A DNA stretch of 64,000 nucleotides from Candidatus Zixiibacteriota bacterium. GTDB lineage: Bacteria; Zixibacteria; MSB-5A5; GN15; JAAZOE01. This document shows, one piece after another, positions 20,753 through 30,833 of this stretch. How positions within the stretch are numbered: the stretch's first letter is position 1; every line of letters begins with the position of its first letter. Made by a program: the position numbers and the translations under genes. The DNA lies in NCBI GenBank assembly GCA_030668485.1, contig DAOUTW010000012.1, positions 12,834 to 76,833 on the forward strand, read 5' to 3'. The notes beneath the pieces were generated by a model. It had not been told where the DNA came from, searched no databases, and saw nothing but the letters and a program-made list of their open reading frames with translations.

Positions 20753-20863
20753 TTATAATTCAGTTTCACTGTCATCCGACAGTATTTTCCTGAAGCAATA
20801 AAATCCCAGGGTAAGGACGCCGCCCCACATCAGGCCCATCATTATCCATCCACCGGTTTCCAT
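20753..20863 (-). CDS. MetS-like small subunit of NSS transporter (36 aa, absent from ORF track)
   Basis: METGGWIMMGLMWGGVLTLGFYCFRKILSDDSETEL. Starts 1 nt after the transporter stop. One TM with IMM...WGG. Confidence 0.65.
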   Translation of the reverse strand: METGGWIMMGLMWGGVLTLGFYCFRKILSDDSETEL

Positions 20864-20864
20864 A

Positions 20865-22403
20865 TTACGCCTCACTTCCTGTTTGCCGCCGCCGCTTTTG
20901 CCAGGCGATTCTGACCAAAATACAAAGGCTAATCAGTAGGGCCACCAGTCCGAGCCGGGTACCGAGTATATAGGGCATATCCTCTGCGGGAACGCCCTTC
21001 ATTAGAATCAGCGGAATCCATTCGTCGTAGAACCAGAATCCCAAAATAGTGAGGAGGAATACCGGGGTGATATATTTGGTAACGAATTTGTAAAATCGGG
21101 GGATGCGGATGCCGGAGCCGACGTGCATCTCTCGCCACATCTTATCGACCCCAAATACCCATGCCACCAGTATAATCTCGATAGTAGCCCCAAGGACAAT
21201 AATGAAACTTCCGCCCCAGAAGTCGAGATCAAAAAGTACACCATTTCCGTAGAACCAGACTGCCGGCTGGCATATCACGAAAGTGACGGCCGCGAATAAC
21301 CCCACCGCTTTTTTGCGGGACAGTCGGAACTCATCCTGCAAGAATCCGACCAGCGGCTGCGTTAGTGAAATCGACGAGGTGACGCCGGCCAGGAAAAGCA
21401 TGAAAAACCAGAGAAAGCTGAAAAACTGGCCCAGGGTTATAGTCCCGAAAAGGGCCGACATGGTCACAAACGGCAGATCGAAAGGTCCTCCGCTGGCTAT
21501 TTTCTCCAGTACCTGAGGTCCCATCAGAATGAATGCCGCTGGAATCACAATTGATCCACCGAGGATAATCTCGGCAAACTCGTTGGTGCTGGCGGCGGTC
21601 AATCCGGAAAGGGGAACATCATCGGTTTCCCGCAGAAAACTGGAGTACGACAGGATAACACCCATCCCCAGCGATAATGTAAAGAATAATTGCCCTGTTG
21701 CCGCCAGCCACACTTTGGGCGATTTCAATGCTGAAAAATCAGGGTTCCATAAATGCCCCAAACCGTCAAACGACCCCCAGTCCAGGGTAATTACCCTTAT
21801 GGCCAGAAGAACGCCGAAGATCAAAAGGGTGGGCATTGCGATAATGCATATTTTTTCAATGCCGCCCCTGATCCCGAAATAGGTAATCAGGATATTTATG
21901 GCAAAAGTGATAAAAAAGAAAATCAATACTACACCCAATCCGGAGAAGTACTCGTTATGCTCAATCCCCTGCAGACCTTTGAGAAATGATGTTAGCATTG
22001 AGGTATCGCTGGTCCCCCCGAGCGTGCCGGTCAGCGAATAATAGCAGTAGGCGAGGGTCCAGGATTCGATATAGACATAATACATATAGATAATCAGCGG
22101 GCCGAGAATACCGAGGACTCCGATATATTTCATACTCGGATTCTTTTTCCACAATGACTGGAAAATACCGGGGGCCGATGAATGGCCGTAACTTCCGCCG
22201 TATCGTCCGGCGGTCCACTCTACCCACATCAGGGGAATACCGACCAAAAGCAGCGCCACCAGGTACGGGATCATAAAGGCGCCGCCGCCGTTATTGGCCG
22301 CCTGCACGGGAAATCTCAGGAAGTTACCCAGGCCGACGGCGGAACCGGCCACCGCCAGAACAACTCCCATTTTGGTGCCCCAACGTTCCCTTTTTTGTGC
22401 CAT
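20865..22403 (-). CDS. Sodium-dependent NSS (LeuT-like) transporter
   Basis: RERW, GSAVGLGNFLRFP, NGGGAFMIPY, QLFFTLSLG, FLAGVTSSIS. Confidence 0.92.
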   Translation of the reverse strand: MAQKRERWGTKMGVVLAVAGSAVGLGNFLRFPVQAANNGGGAFMIPYLVALLLVGIPLMWVEWTAGRYGGSYGHSSAPGIFQSLWKKNPSMKYIGVLGILGPLIIYMYYVYIESWTLAYCYYSLTGTLGGTSDTSMLTSFLKGLQGIEHNEYFSGLGVVLIFFFITFAINILITYFGIRGGIEKICIIAMPTLLIFGVLLAIRVITLDWGSFDGLGHLWNPDFSALKSPKVWLAATGQLFFTLSLGMGVILSYSSFLRETDDVPLSGLTAASTNEFAEIILGGSIVIPAAFILMGPQVLEKIASGGPFDLPFVTMSALFGTITLGQFFSFLWFFMLFLAGVTSSISLTQPLVGFLQDEFRLSRKKAVGLFAAVTFVICQPAVWFYGNGVLFDLDFWGGSFIIVLGATIEIILVAWVFGVDKMWREMHVGSGIRIPRFYKFVTKYITPVFLLTILGFWFYDEWIPLILMKGVPAEDMPYILGTRLGLVALLISLCILVRIAWQKRRRQTGSEA

Positions 22404-22709
22404 ATTTACCTCACTGCCTCACCGGATTAGCGACCGGAAGTCATCCTCCGTCGCCGATGTATGGGGTTAAGATCATAGACTTTCCATGCGGAAAATGCGA
22501 ATATATCGGCTGATCGATGTCGGTGCATTTCTTTTGCGGCATTGTTTTATCGAACCATTTATCTGTCAAAGTTGTCAAATAGTAGATAGAGGACAGATAA
22601 TTGTCAAGGTTAAACTTTTGGGTCACGGCTGCAGGTTGTTTTAGTTGACTGTTAGCAATGGCTGTCCTTATATAAAATACAATGAAATGCATAAGTGAAA
22701 GGAGTCATA

Positions 22710-23366
22710 GTGCGAGTGTATAAAATTGTTTTGGTTGTTTTCCTCTTTGTGGCCGCAGGAAACGCATCGGCTCAGTTTCTGGGCCAGATGAGTCCGGCCA
22801 GTATCGTAGAAACCGAAACCGGCAAAGCCGGCGGGTATTTTATACTGGCCGATGATGCCGTCGCGATTGTCGGTTCGGTGCGTTACGGCCTCAGTCAATA
22901 TACGGAAGGCCGATTCCGTTTGGGACTTTTAGACCCCGACGGAAAGGATGCCGATCCTGGTGTAATTGTCGGCGCCGATATCAAATATCTCCTCTGGGAA
23001 TATATTAAGCCGTCCGGCACCGATTCGACCGGCACCACGGAGTATAACAATCCCTTCGATCTTTCTCTTGGAGGAGCAGTCGAATACGCCAAAATGGATT
23101 ATGGCGGTATCCTCGGTATCGGCGGCTCCTTTATCGCCTCGGCTCCCTATAAACTGCGCAACAGATCAGTTATCGAACCGTATGCCAGGCTCAATATCCG
23201 GTTTGAACATGTCCAACTGGATAAACAGGACGATGAATCTGATATTGAAATAGGTCTCAATCTGGGCGCACTATTTTCAGTCACGCCGTTGATAGATTTT
23301 ACTGCCGAGTTTCAGCTTGATGATCAGAACGCCTTCATGCTGGGTGTCGATGTTGTCGCTTTTTAG
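22710..23366 (+). CDS. Outer membrane beta-barrel protein
   Basis: AAGGAG RBS before GTG, signal peptide ASA-Q, alternating strands, terminal Phe. Confidence 0.6.
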   Translation: MRVYKIVLVVFLFVAAGNASAQFLGQMSPASIVETETGKAGGYFILADDAVAIVGSVRYGLSQYTEGRFRLGLLDPDGKDADPGVIVGADIKYLLWEYIKPSGTDSTGTTEYNNPFDLSLGGAVEYAKMDYGGILGIGGSFIASAPYKLRNRSVIEPYARLNIRFEHVQLDKQDDESDIEIGLNLGALFSVTPLIDFTAEFQLDDQNAFMLGVDVVAF

Positions 23367-23423
23367 TTCTTTCGGCAAAATGAATTCATTGGTCTGCTTG
23401 GATAATCGGTGGGCCGCCTGTCA

Positions 23424-24215
23424 ATGACGATTCTTGATGCGATTATCCTCGGTATTATTCAGGGGTTAACGGAATTCCTGCCGATCTCGTCTTCCGGACA
23501 TTTGGTCATCGGCGAAGCCCTATTGGGGCTTTCATCGCCTGGGATCAGTCTCGAAGTATGGCTTCATTTCGGGACCCTTCTGGCAGTTCTCTTATATTTC
23601 CACCGCCGACTAATTGGGCTTGTCGCGACAATATTCGGCGCCGGTGATCCGAAATATCGCGATGCCGACCGGAATTTTCTGGGAGCGATTATCATCGGAA
23701 CCATCCCGGCAATCGTCATCGGCCTGCTGTTTAAATCGGCGATCGAGTCGCTTTTTAATTCCCCGCGCTTTGCAGCTGCTATGCTGATTGTAACAGGACT
23801 GATCTTACTGGCAACCATATTTGCCAAAAAATCGGGGCAGAAAATAAACATGCCGCGCGGCCTGGCGATAGGGCTGGCTCAGGCTATGGCCATTCTCCCG
23901 GGAATATCAAGATCCGGCAGCACCATCGCCTGCGCCATGTTTGTCGGGGTAGAACCATCAGTGGCGGCTGAATTCTCCTTTCTACTGGCGGTGCCGATCA
24001 TAGCTCTGGCTTTTGGATATGATCTGGTGTTTTCCGGATCTCAGTTGTTTGCCTCCGATACGGTGTGGATTTACCTGGCCGGGACGGCTGTCTCATTCGT
24101 CATCGGTTTGCTGGCTATCCATTATCTGTTGAAAGTAATCCGGACCGGAAGATTTTATCTGTTCGGATTTTATTGCCTTGTGGCGGGAGTCGTTTCTCTT
24201 ATATTATTGAACTAA
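23424..24215 (+). CDS. uppP: Undecaprenyl-diphosphate phosphatase
   Basis: QGLTEFLPISSSGHL, PGISRSGST, AAEFSFLL. Confidence 0.93.
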   Translation: MTILDAIILGIIQGLTEFLPISSSGHLVIGEALLGLSSPGISLEVWLHFGTLLAVLLYFHRRLIGLVATIFGAGDPKYRDADRNFLGAIIIGTIPAIVIGLLFKSAIESLFNSPRFAAAMLIVTGLILLATIFAKKSGQKINMPRGLAIGLAQAMAILPGISRSGSTIACAMFVGVEPSVAAEFSFLLAVPIIALAFGYDLVFSGSQLFASDTVWIYLAGTAVSFVIGLLAIHYLLKVIRTGRFYLFGFYCLVAGVVSLILLN

Positions 24216-25777
24216 TGGACACGATTGTTGTTATCCGACTGGGTCGGCTGGGTGACGTTACTCTTACCTCGCCGACAATCAAGAATCTCCGGCTTTTATA
24301 TCCGGAGTCAAAAATTCTGCTGGTTACTCGGGAAATGTATAAACCGCTGGCCGAAATCCTGCCCGGAATCAGCCATGTTCTCACCTTTCCCGACACCGGA
24401 TCGTATTTCGATCTGGTCAAACTGTGTTCCCGTATAGATGAGTTTGAGCCGAAACTGGTAGTCGATCTGCATAAAAACTTCCGTTCTTTTCATCTGGCGA
24501 CGCTGACCAAAACCCCTTATAAGGTGGTATATCATAAACGTCGTAAGGAAAGACTGGCTGCCGTTCATGAAAAGAAATTCCTGTCCCCGGTACCGCATAC
24601 GGTCGATCTTTATAATGATATCCTCGGTCAGTTGAAAGGGGAGGTGCTGGCCCGATTGCCCGATTTAATGCTGCCCGATGAAGTGCTTGATCGACCAATG
24701 CCGGCGCGGGATGCGGTAGCCATTGTCCCCGGAGCCAGTTCGCCGGTTAAGGCATGGGCGGTGGGAAATTATGCCAAATTGGCCGAGAGAATAATTCACG
24801 ATTTCAAGCTTCCTATCCACCTCTATTTGGGTGAGAAAGAAACCGGTCTGGAAAAAGATTTTCTCCACCTCCCAAAAGGAAGTATCACCATCTACCGCAA
24901 TCATCCGCTGGTTGATATCGCTACGCTGCTGTCACAATGCCGGCTGACAGTTTCCAACGATTCCGGATTGATGCACGTCTCATCCGCAGTTGGAACGCCG
25001 ACGGTGGCCCTTTTCGGCCCGACCCATGAGCAACTCGGTTTCTATCCTCTGGGGCTTCATGATCTTCTGCTTGGTACCGATGACTCCTGCCGTCCCTGCT
25101 CACTGCACGGAAGTAAGGCCTGTTATCGAGAGGAGCAATACTGTTTTACCAATCTGAAAATAGATGATGTTTACAACCGGGTTGTTTCGGTGATCGAAGG
25201 TGTTAAACTTGATCCGGCTGTATTTATCGACCGCGACGGAACCCTTATTGAAGACAAACACTATCTGGCCGACCCTGAGAAGATAAAATTTCTACCCGGA
25301 TCACGCGAAAGCGTCGCGCGCCTGAAGCAAGCTGGATATAAAATAGTGATCGTCTCCAACCAATCCGGTGTCGCCCGTGGATTTTTCCCCACCACTACTG
25401 TGGATGAAGTTCATCAACGGATGGCCGAGTTGATGAAAAACGCCGGCTGTGAGCCGGATGATATCCGTTACTGCCCCCATCATCCCGATGGCGACGACCC
25501 GGAATATACCGGCCAATGCGATTGCCGCAAACCGAAAGGCGGCATGCTCGAGGCGGCAGCCATCGAACTGGGTATCGATATCAAGCGTTCCTTTATGATC
25601 GGGGACAAATTCAGCGATATCCAATGCGGGAAAATTGTCGGGGGACGCTCAATTCTGGTCCGGACCGGCAAAGGAGCCGAAACCGAAAAGGAACTCCCCG
25701 CCGAACCGTATTTGACTCCGTATATTATTAGTGATGATCTGGCTGCTGCCATTGACCATATTTTGTCTCGGAAATGA
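24215..25777 (+). CDS. Fusion of GT9 heptosyltransferase and D-glycero-D-manno-heptose-1,7-bisphosphate phosphatase (GmhB)
   Basis: GT9 motifs RLGRLGDV and SNDSGLMHVSSAVGTPTVALFGPT. HAD motifs FIDRDGTL, VSNQSGVARG, CPHHP, CDCRKP, IGDK. ATG overlaps the uppP stop. Confidence 0.88.
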   Translation: MDTIVVIRLGRLGDVTLTSPTIKNLRLLYPESKILLVTREMYKPLAEILPGISHVLTFPDTGSYFDLVKLCSRIDEFEPKLVVDLHKNFRSFHLATLTKTPYKVVYHKRRKERLAAVHEKKFLSPVPHTVDLYNDILGQLKGEVLARLPDLMLPDEVLDRPMPARDAVAIVPGASSPVKAWAVGNYAKLAERIIHDFKLPIHLYLGEKETGLEKDFLHLPKGSITIYRNHPLVDIATLLSQCRLTVSNDSGLMHVSSAVGTPTVALFGPTHEQLGFYPLGLHDLLLGTDDSCRPCSLHGSKACYREEQYCFTNLKIDDVYNRVVSVIEGVKLDPAVFIDRDGTLIEDKHYLADPEKIKFLPGSRESVARLKQAGYKIVIVSNQSGVARGFFPTTTVDEVHQRMAELMKNAGCEPDDIRYCPHHPDGDDPEYTGQCDCRKPKGGMLEAAAIELGIDIKRSFMIGDKFSDIQCGKIVGGRSILVRTGKGAETEKELPAEPYLTPYIISDDLAAAIDHILSRK

Positions 25778-26775
25778 TACGCGAAGCATTATATTATACC
25801 CGGCTGAATGATAGCCGTGTTCATTGCCGGCTGTGTCCGCTCGAATGCCGCCTGAAACCGGACCGGCGAGGTATTTGCCGCTCCCGCTTTAATTCCGACG
25901 GCATACTCAAAACCGATAATTTTGGCGAAACCGTTACGATCGCGACTGATCCGATCGAGAAGAAACCGCTCTACCATTTTTACCCGACCGCCAATATTGT
26001 TTCAATCGGTCCTAATGGCTGCAATCTCTCCTGCCGTCATTGCCAAAATTGGAATATTTCCCAGGAAAAGGCGACGACCCGTTACGTCGATCCGGAACGG
26101 TTACCTGATATCGCCGCCCAACAAGGCTCAATCGGAATCGCCTATACTTATACCGAGCCGATCATATGGTACGAATACATTCTTGAAACAGCGCCGCGTA
26201 TCAAAGAGGCGGGGATGGTCAATGTCATGGTTTCCAATGGATATATCAACCCCGAACCCCTACAGGAACTGTTGCCCGTAATCGATGCCTTCAATATTGA
26301 TCTCAAAGGTATACGCCCCGAATTCTACCGCAGGGTCTGTCGTGGCAGCCTGGAACCGGTACTTGAGGCAATTAGTATTATTGCGAAATCGCCGGCTCAC
26401 CTCGAAGTCACATACCTGATTATTCCCGGCCTCAACGACGACGACGAAGATTTTCATAAGGTGGGCAAATTCTTGGCCACGGTTGCTTCATCCATTCCCT
26501 TGCACCTGTCTGCCTACCATCCCAGCTACAAAGCCGACAGCCCGCCGACATCGCGGGATAAACTGATCCGCGCTCATAAAATAGCCAGGGAATATCTGTC
26601 CCATGTTTTTATAGGCAATATGGAAATAAAAAACTGTTCCAATAGCTACTGCCCTGAATGTGGGCAAAGGCTAATCGAAAGATCGTGGTATCGGGTAAGG
26701 CTGGATGGAATCGACAGCGACGGTAAATGCAAAAAATGTGGCCATAAATCGACTATTATCCTGTCCTCAGGATAA
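25774..26775 (+). CDS. amrS: AmmeMemoRadiSam system radical SAM enzyme
   Basis: CRLCPLEC, DPIEKKPLYHF, GCNLSCRHCQNWNISQ, AYTYTEP, C-terminal CPECG...CKKCG. Confidence 0.88.
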   Translation: MIREALYYTRLNDSRVHCRLCPLECRLKPDRRGICRSRFNSDGILKTDNFGETVTIATDPIEKKPLYHFYPTANIVSIGPNGCNLSCRHCQNWNISQEKATTRYVDPERLPDIAAQQGSIGIAYTYTEPIIWYEYILETAPRIKEAGMVNVMVSNGYINPEPLQELLPVIDAFNIDLKGIRPEFYRRVCRGSLEPVLEAISIIAKSPAHLEVTYLIIPGLNDDDEDFHKVGKFLATVASSIPLHLSAYHPSYKADSPPTSRDKLIRAHKIAREYLSHVFIGNMEIKNCSNSYCPECGQRLIERSWYRVRLDGIDSDGKCKKCGHKSTIILSSG

Positions 26776-26901
26776 TGATCGGAGCCATGGAGTATTTTCG
26801 GAAAACGGCCGATATATTTAATTAATAAGCATTTAACCACCCACAGACGTCTAAATGGTGACGCCGGAGGGAACCGGTGGGGGAGATCAGTCGTTTTATA
26901 T

Positions 26902-29712
26902 ATGATGACGGGATTAAAGAGCATAGTCGCAACAACCGGGTTACTGGTACTCCTGCTTCTCATCCATGTTACCCCGGCCTTTGGGCAATACTATTTCGGA
27001 AAAAACAAGGTCCAGTACACCGATTTCGACTGGCAGGTGATGACCACCGATCATTTTCGGATCTATTTCTACAGCGAGGAAAGCGATCTGGCCGAAATCG
27101 CCGCCCGTTCCGCCGAAGATGCCTACCGGATTCTATCGGCCAAATTCAACCACGAAATCTATGCTAAAATTCCGCTGATCATATATAGCAACCCTAACCA
27201 TTTCGTTCAAACCAATGTTACCTGGAGTATGCTGCCCGAAAGCGTCGGCGGGTTCACCGAATTTATCAAGGGGAGGGTGGTTGTTCCGTTCGGCGGCTCC
27301 TATTACCATTTCGACCGCGTGATTCGCCACGAGATGGTTCATGTCTTCATGATTGCCAAAATCAACCGCATCGGTCGCGAATACGGTCGTCCTTCGGCTG
27401 TTTACCCTCCGCTCTGGTTCACTGAAGGTCTGGCCGAATTCTGGTCCCGGGAATGGGACAGCGAAGCCGATTTGATTGTCCGCGATATGGTCATCAACGG
27501 CAATCTCCCGTCGATCAATCAACTCTGGACCGTTCATGGTTCATATTTCATGTATAAACTTGGACAATCGCTATGCGAGTTCATAAGCGACCACTACGGT
27601 GAAAATAAACTCTCCCGTTTATTCGATAATTGGTACCTGGGTGGTAAATTCGAACGCATTTTGTACTATACCCTCGGCGACGATATGGAAACACTCTCCG
27701 AAAAATGGAGCTATTTTCTCAAAAAGAAATATTTCCCAGAAATTGCCGATCTCGACCTTCCCGACAAAAAAGCAACGCGGCTGACAAAAAAGCAGTTCGC
27801 CGTTCGTCCGGTTCCGGTTACGATCAAGGATGAAGAGGGTAACGATCAGCAATGGGTTATTTATAAGGCGAACAAAGTCGGTTATTCGGCCATCTACATG
27901 ATGCCGGCCAGCGGTGACAGCAAAAAGGCGGTCACTCTTCTCAAAGGCGATCGCTCGGCCAAATTCGAATCGCTCCATCTTCTCACCAGCGGCGTCGATC
28001 AATACGACAACAGGCTGCTGACTTTCTCCTCCAAATCTAAAGAAAAAGATGTGCTCTACCTCTATGATTTGGTGGATAAATCGATTATTCGACGTTATGA
28101 ATTCGATCAACTGGTTGCCATCGCTTCACCCCGATTTTCCCCCGACGGCGCCAGCGTGGTCTTTTCCGGATGCCGCATGTCGGGCTATTCCGATCTCTAT
28201 GTTTTAAATCTTTCCGATGGAGGGCTGACTCGGCTGACCGACGATATTTATCAGGATGTCGATCCCTGCTTCAGCCACGACGGACAATCAGTTATCTTCG
28301 TTACCGATCGTGCCGCGAACGGATTCGATGGTTATCTCTCTCTCTACCGCCTTTGGCTGAATGACAACAGCATCAAACGGCTGACGTTCGGACCGTATCA
28401 TGATCGCGGACCGGATGAGAGCCCTGATGGATCGAAAATCATCTTCTCGTCTGATCGGGGAGGCAAGACCGCCTTCAATATTTTCGCCCTTGATTCTGAT
28501 GGCAACCTGTCGCAGGTCACCGAATATATCACCGGCGCCTTTGATCCCAGATTCGGCGATGACCCCGATCATATCTATTTCACCGCCTGGCAGCAGCGTG
28601 GTTTCCATGTCTTCAAATCAACTCTGGAAGAAACTTCGCCGGTTGCTGTCGAGGTGCCCCGTATCAACGATGGCAGATGGCTCCCGGGACGCATAGGGAG
28701 TAAGGCGAAGTCAACTACGATGAAATATGAAACCGATTACTCTCTGGATATCGCTCAGTCGGCAGTCGCCTATGATGAGGTTTACGGTACTTTGGGAGGC
28801 GTTCAAGTCGCTATGAGCGATGTTTTGGGGGATAATACCTTTATCTTCCTCGTCTCCAACACTGCCCGCGACAAATCGGATTTTATGACCAGCTTTAATC
28901 TGGCCGTCACCTATCTTCGCCGCACCAGCAGACTCAATTGGGCGATAGGAGGTTTTCATCTTTATGACCAATATTACAACAAAATCGACGGTTATTACTT
29001 CGAACGTTTAGTCGGCGGTGTCGTCAGCGCCAGTTACCCGTTTTCTAAATTCGACCGGATCGAGACATCGGTTTTCGCCCGCTATTCCGACAAAGAGGTC
29101 GAATTTATGAACCGCAGCAGAAAAGCAATACCGGTTACCCATACGCTGAGTTTCGTCACCGACAATACCCTCTGGGAACCGACCGGACCTTTGGAAGGCC
29201 GACGTCTTAATCTCACCGTCGGATATACATACGACTTCAAGTCGGAACGGAATTTCAACCGTCTGGCCTCGGCCGATCTGAGGCATTATCTCCGCCTGGG
29301 ATACTTGACCTCGTTCGCCAGCCGGTTCTTTGCCTTCACCTCGGCCGGTAATGAGCCGCAGCGAATATATTTGGGCGGAAGCTGGTCATTCCGAGGGTTT
29401 GGCCGCAGACATTTTTATAACCGCAATATCCTGTTCAATTCCGAAGAACTGCGTTTTCCGCTCATTGATGATTTGCTGATAGCCTTTCCTCTGGGCAATT
29501 TTCGTCTGCGAGGTATCAGGGGAGCTCTTTTCCACGATCTTGGAACAGCCTGGGATGACGATTGGAATCGTTGGCAGGGGTCATTAGGCGCCTCGGTTAG
29601 AATTGCTCTGGGGTACCTGGTCGTTCTCCGTTTCGATGTTTCCTGGCGTCATGATTTCCAGTATGTTTCCAAAGACCATCGGACCGATTTCTTCTTTGGG
29701 TGGAATTTTTGA
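26902..29712 (+). CDS. Omp85/BamA-family protein with N-terminal gluzincin-like domain and PD40/TolB-like propeller
   Basis: FGKNKVQY, HEMVH...WFTEGLAE, PRFSPDG/PCFSHDG repeats, LGG..SFRGF lid-lock, terminal GWNF. Confidence 0.8.
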   Translation: MMTGLKSIVATTGLLVLLLLIHVTPAFGQYYFGKNKVQYTDFDWQVMTTDHFRIYFYSEESDLAEIAARSAEDAYRILSAKFNHEIYAKIPLIIYSNPNHFVQTNVTWSMLPESVGGFTEFIKGRVVVPFGGSYYHFDRVIRHEMVHVFMIAKINRIGREYGRPSAVYPPLWFTEGLAEFWSREWDSEADLIVRDMVINGNLPSINQLWTVHGSYFMYKLGQSLCEFISDHYGENKLSRLFDNWYLGGKFERILYYTLGDDMETLSEKWSYFLKKKYFPEIADLDLPDKKATRLTKKQFAVRPVPVTIKDEEGNDQQWVIYKANKVGYSAIYMMPASGDSKKAVTLLKGDRSAKFESLHLLTSGVDQYDNRLLTFSSKSKEKDVLYLYDLVDKSIIRRYEFDQLVAIASPRFSPDGASVVFSGCRMSGYSDLYVLNLSDGGLTRLTDDIYQDVDPCFSHDGQSVIFVTDRAANGFDGYLSLYRLWLNDNSIKRLTFGPYHDRGPDESPDGSKIIFSSDRGGKTAFNIFALDSDGNLSQVTEYITGAFDPRFGDDPDHIYFTAWQQRGFHVFKSTLEETSPVAVEVPRINDGRWLPGRIGSKAKSTTMKYETDYSLDIAQSAVAYDEVYGTLGGVQVAMSDVLGDNTFIFLVSNTARDKSDFMTSFNLAVTYLRRTSRLNWAIGGFHLYDQYYNKIDGYYFERLVGGVVSASYPFSKFDRIETSVFARYSDKEVEFMNRSRKAIPVTHTLSFVTDNTLWEPTGPLEGRRLNLTVGYTYDFKSERNFNRLASADLRHYLRLGYLTSFASRFFAFTSAGNEPQRIYLGGSWSFRGFGRRHFYNRNILFNSEELRFPLIDDLLIAFPLGNFRLRGIRGALFHDLGTAWDDDWNRWQGSLGASVRIALGYLVVLRFDVSWRHDFQYVSKDHRTDFFFGWNF

Positions 29713-30833
29713 TGAAAATACGGCATATTTTGGTTACTGCCCTTATAATTCTGGGAGCTTCCGGTTGTGGCACCAGCAAACATCTTGATCGCGATCGGGT
29801 CTTATTCGAATCGGCCAATAGTCCGATTAAAACCGGTCTAAGGTCATTCCGAACATCAAGTAATACTTTCAATGGCAGCCTTAATATATTATATGAAAAG
29901 AAAATAAAAGGTGTTGCGGATAGTCCGTTTTTGACCTTCGACGGCCACCTGGCTTTTTACACTACCCGGCACAGGTTTCTGGTGTATGATCAGATGTCCG
30001 GTGACAAAGTCTGCCGAATCAAGAAAAGGCGCGGCTTGGTCCTTAATGCGGTAGTTCAGGATTCTCTTCTGGTCCTCGTCAAAAGATCAAAATATGGGCA
30101 TATCCAGGTTATCAATCTGTTCACCGGCAAAGTCATCGGCGAAAGGACCTTAATAGAACTCCGCTCCGGGCCGATAATAGTATCAGATAACCTGATCTAC
30201 GGCACCAGCAAGGGATTGCTCGCCCTCAGCCTGCCGGATTTGCAAACCGTCTGGAGAAGCGATTCACAGGCGATGGTTGATATAGAGGCGGTTTCCGACT
30301 CCGATATTATTTACTTTGCGGCCAATGGCACCCTCATGGCTTTGCAGAGTACGGATGGGAGTAAAATCTGGCAAACCGATTGCGGGTCGGCGGTGGTGTC
30401 TGAATTGAGTATAGGTGAACGGATTTATCTGGGAGTTGCCGACGGTAGAATGATGGCGATTGATAAAGAAGACGGGCAAGTAGCTTGGGATCAGCAGTTG
30501 GGGATTCAAGCCCATGGCGGTGCCGCTGAATCCGATGGTCGGATATTCTTCGGCGGAACCGATAGGAACGTTTATTGCCTGTCATCCATCAGTGGTGAGG
30601 AAATCTGGAAATATAAGACCGATGGAATTGTAACCGCCTCTCCACTTATTTATGGCCGTGCCGTCTTGGTCGGATCCCACGATCGCCATTTCTACAGTAT
30701 TGACAAAACCGATGGCAAACTGATCGACCGGCGTAGATTGGAAGGACCGATTACGCTTGCAGCTGCGATCGACAACGACCGGATTTTTGTCACCTGCCGA
30801 AAAAAACGGCTGTATTGTTTTGAGGGGAACTAA
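29712..30833 (+). CDS. PQQ-like beta-propeller lipoprotein (BamB-like)
   Basis: Lipobox ASGC, repeated A.d..tG...W blades. Confidence 0.75.
   Translation: MKIRHILVTALIILGASGCGTSKHLDRDRVLFESANSPIKTGLRSFRTSSNTFNGSLNILYEKKIKGVADSPFLTFDGHLAFYTTRHRFLVYDQMSGDKVCRIKKRRGLVLNAVVQDSLLVLVKRSKYGHIQVINLFTGKVIGERTLIELRSGPIIVSDNLIYGTSKGLLALSLPDLQTVWRSDSQAMVDIEAVSDSDIIYFAANGTLMALQSTDGSKIWQTDCGSAVVSELSIGERIYLGVADGRMMAIDKEDGQVAWDQQLGIQAHGGAAESDGRIFFGGTDRNVYCLSSISGEEIWKYKTDGIVTASPLIYGRAVLVGSHDRHFYSIDKTDGKLIDRRRLEGPITLAAAIDNDRIFVTCRKKRLYCFEGN

Noticed and set aside
22441-22692. Leader peptide or riboswitch upstream of the NSS transporter
   Set aside because: No RBS-supported ORF, amino-acid-rich leader or recognisable aptamer.
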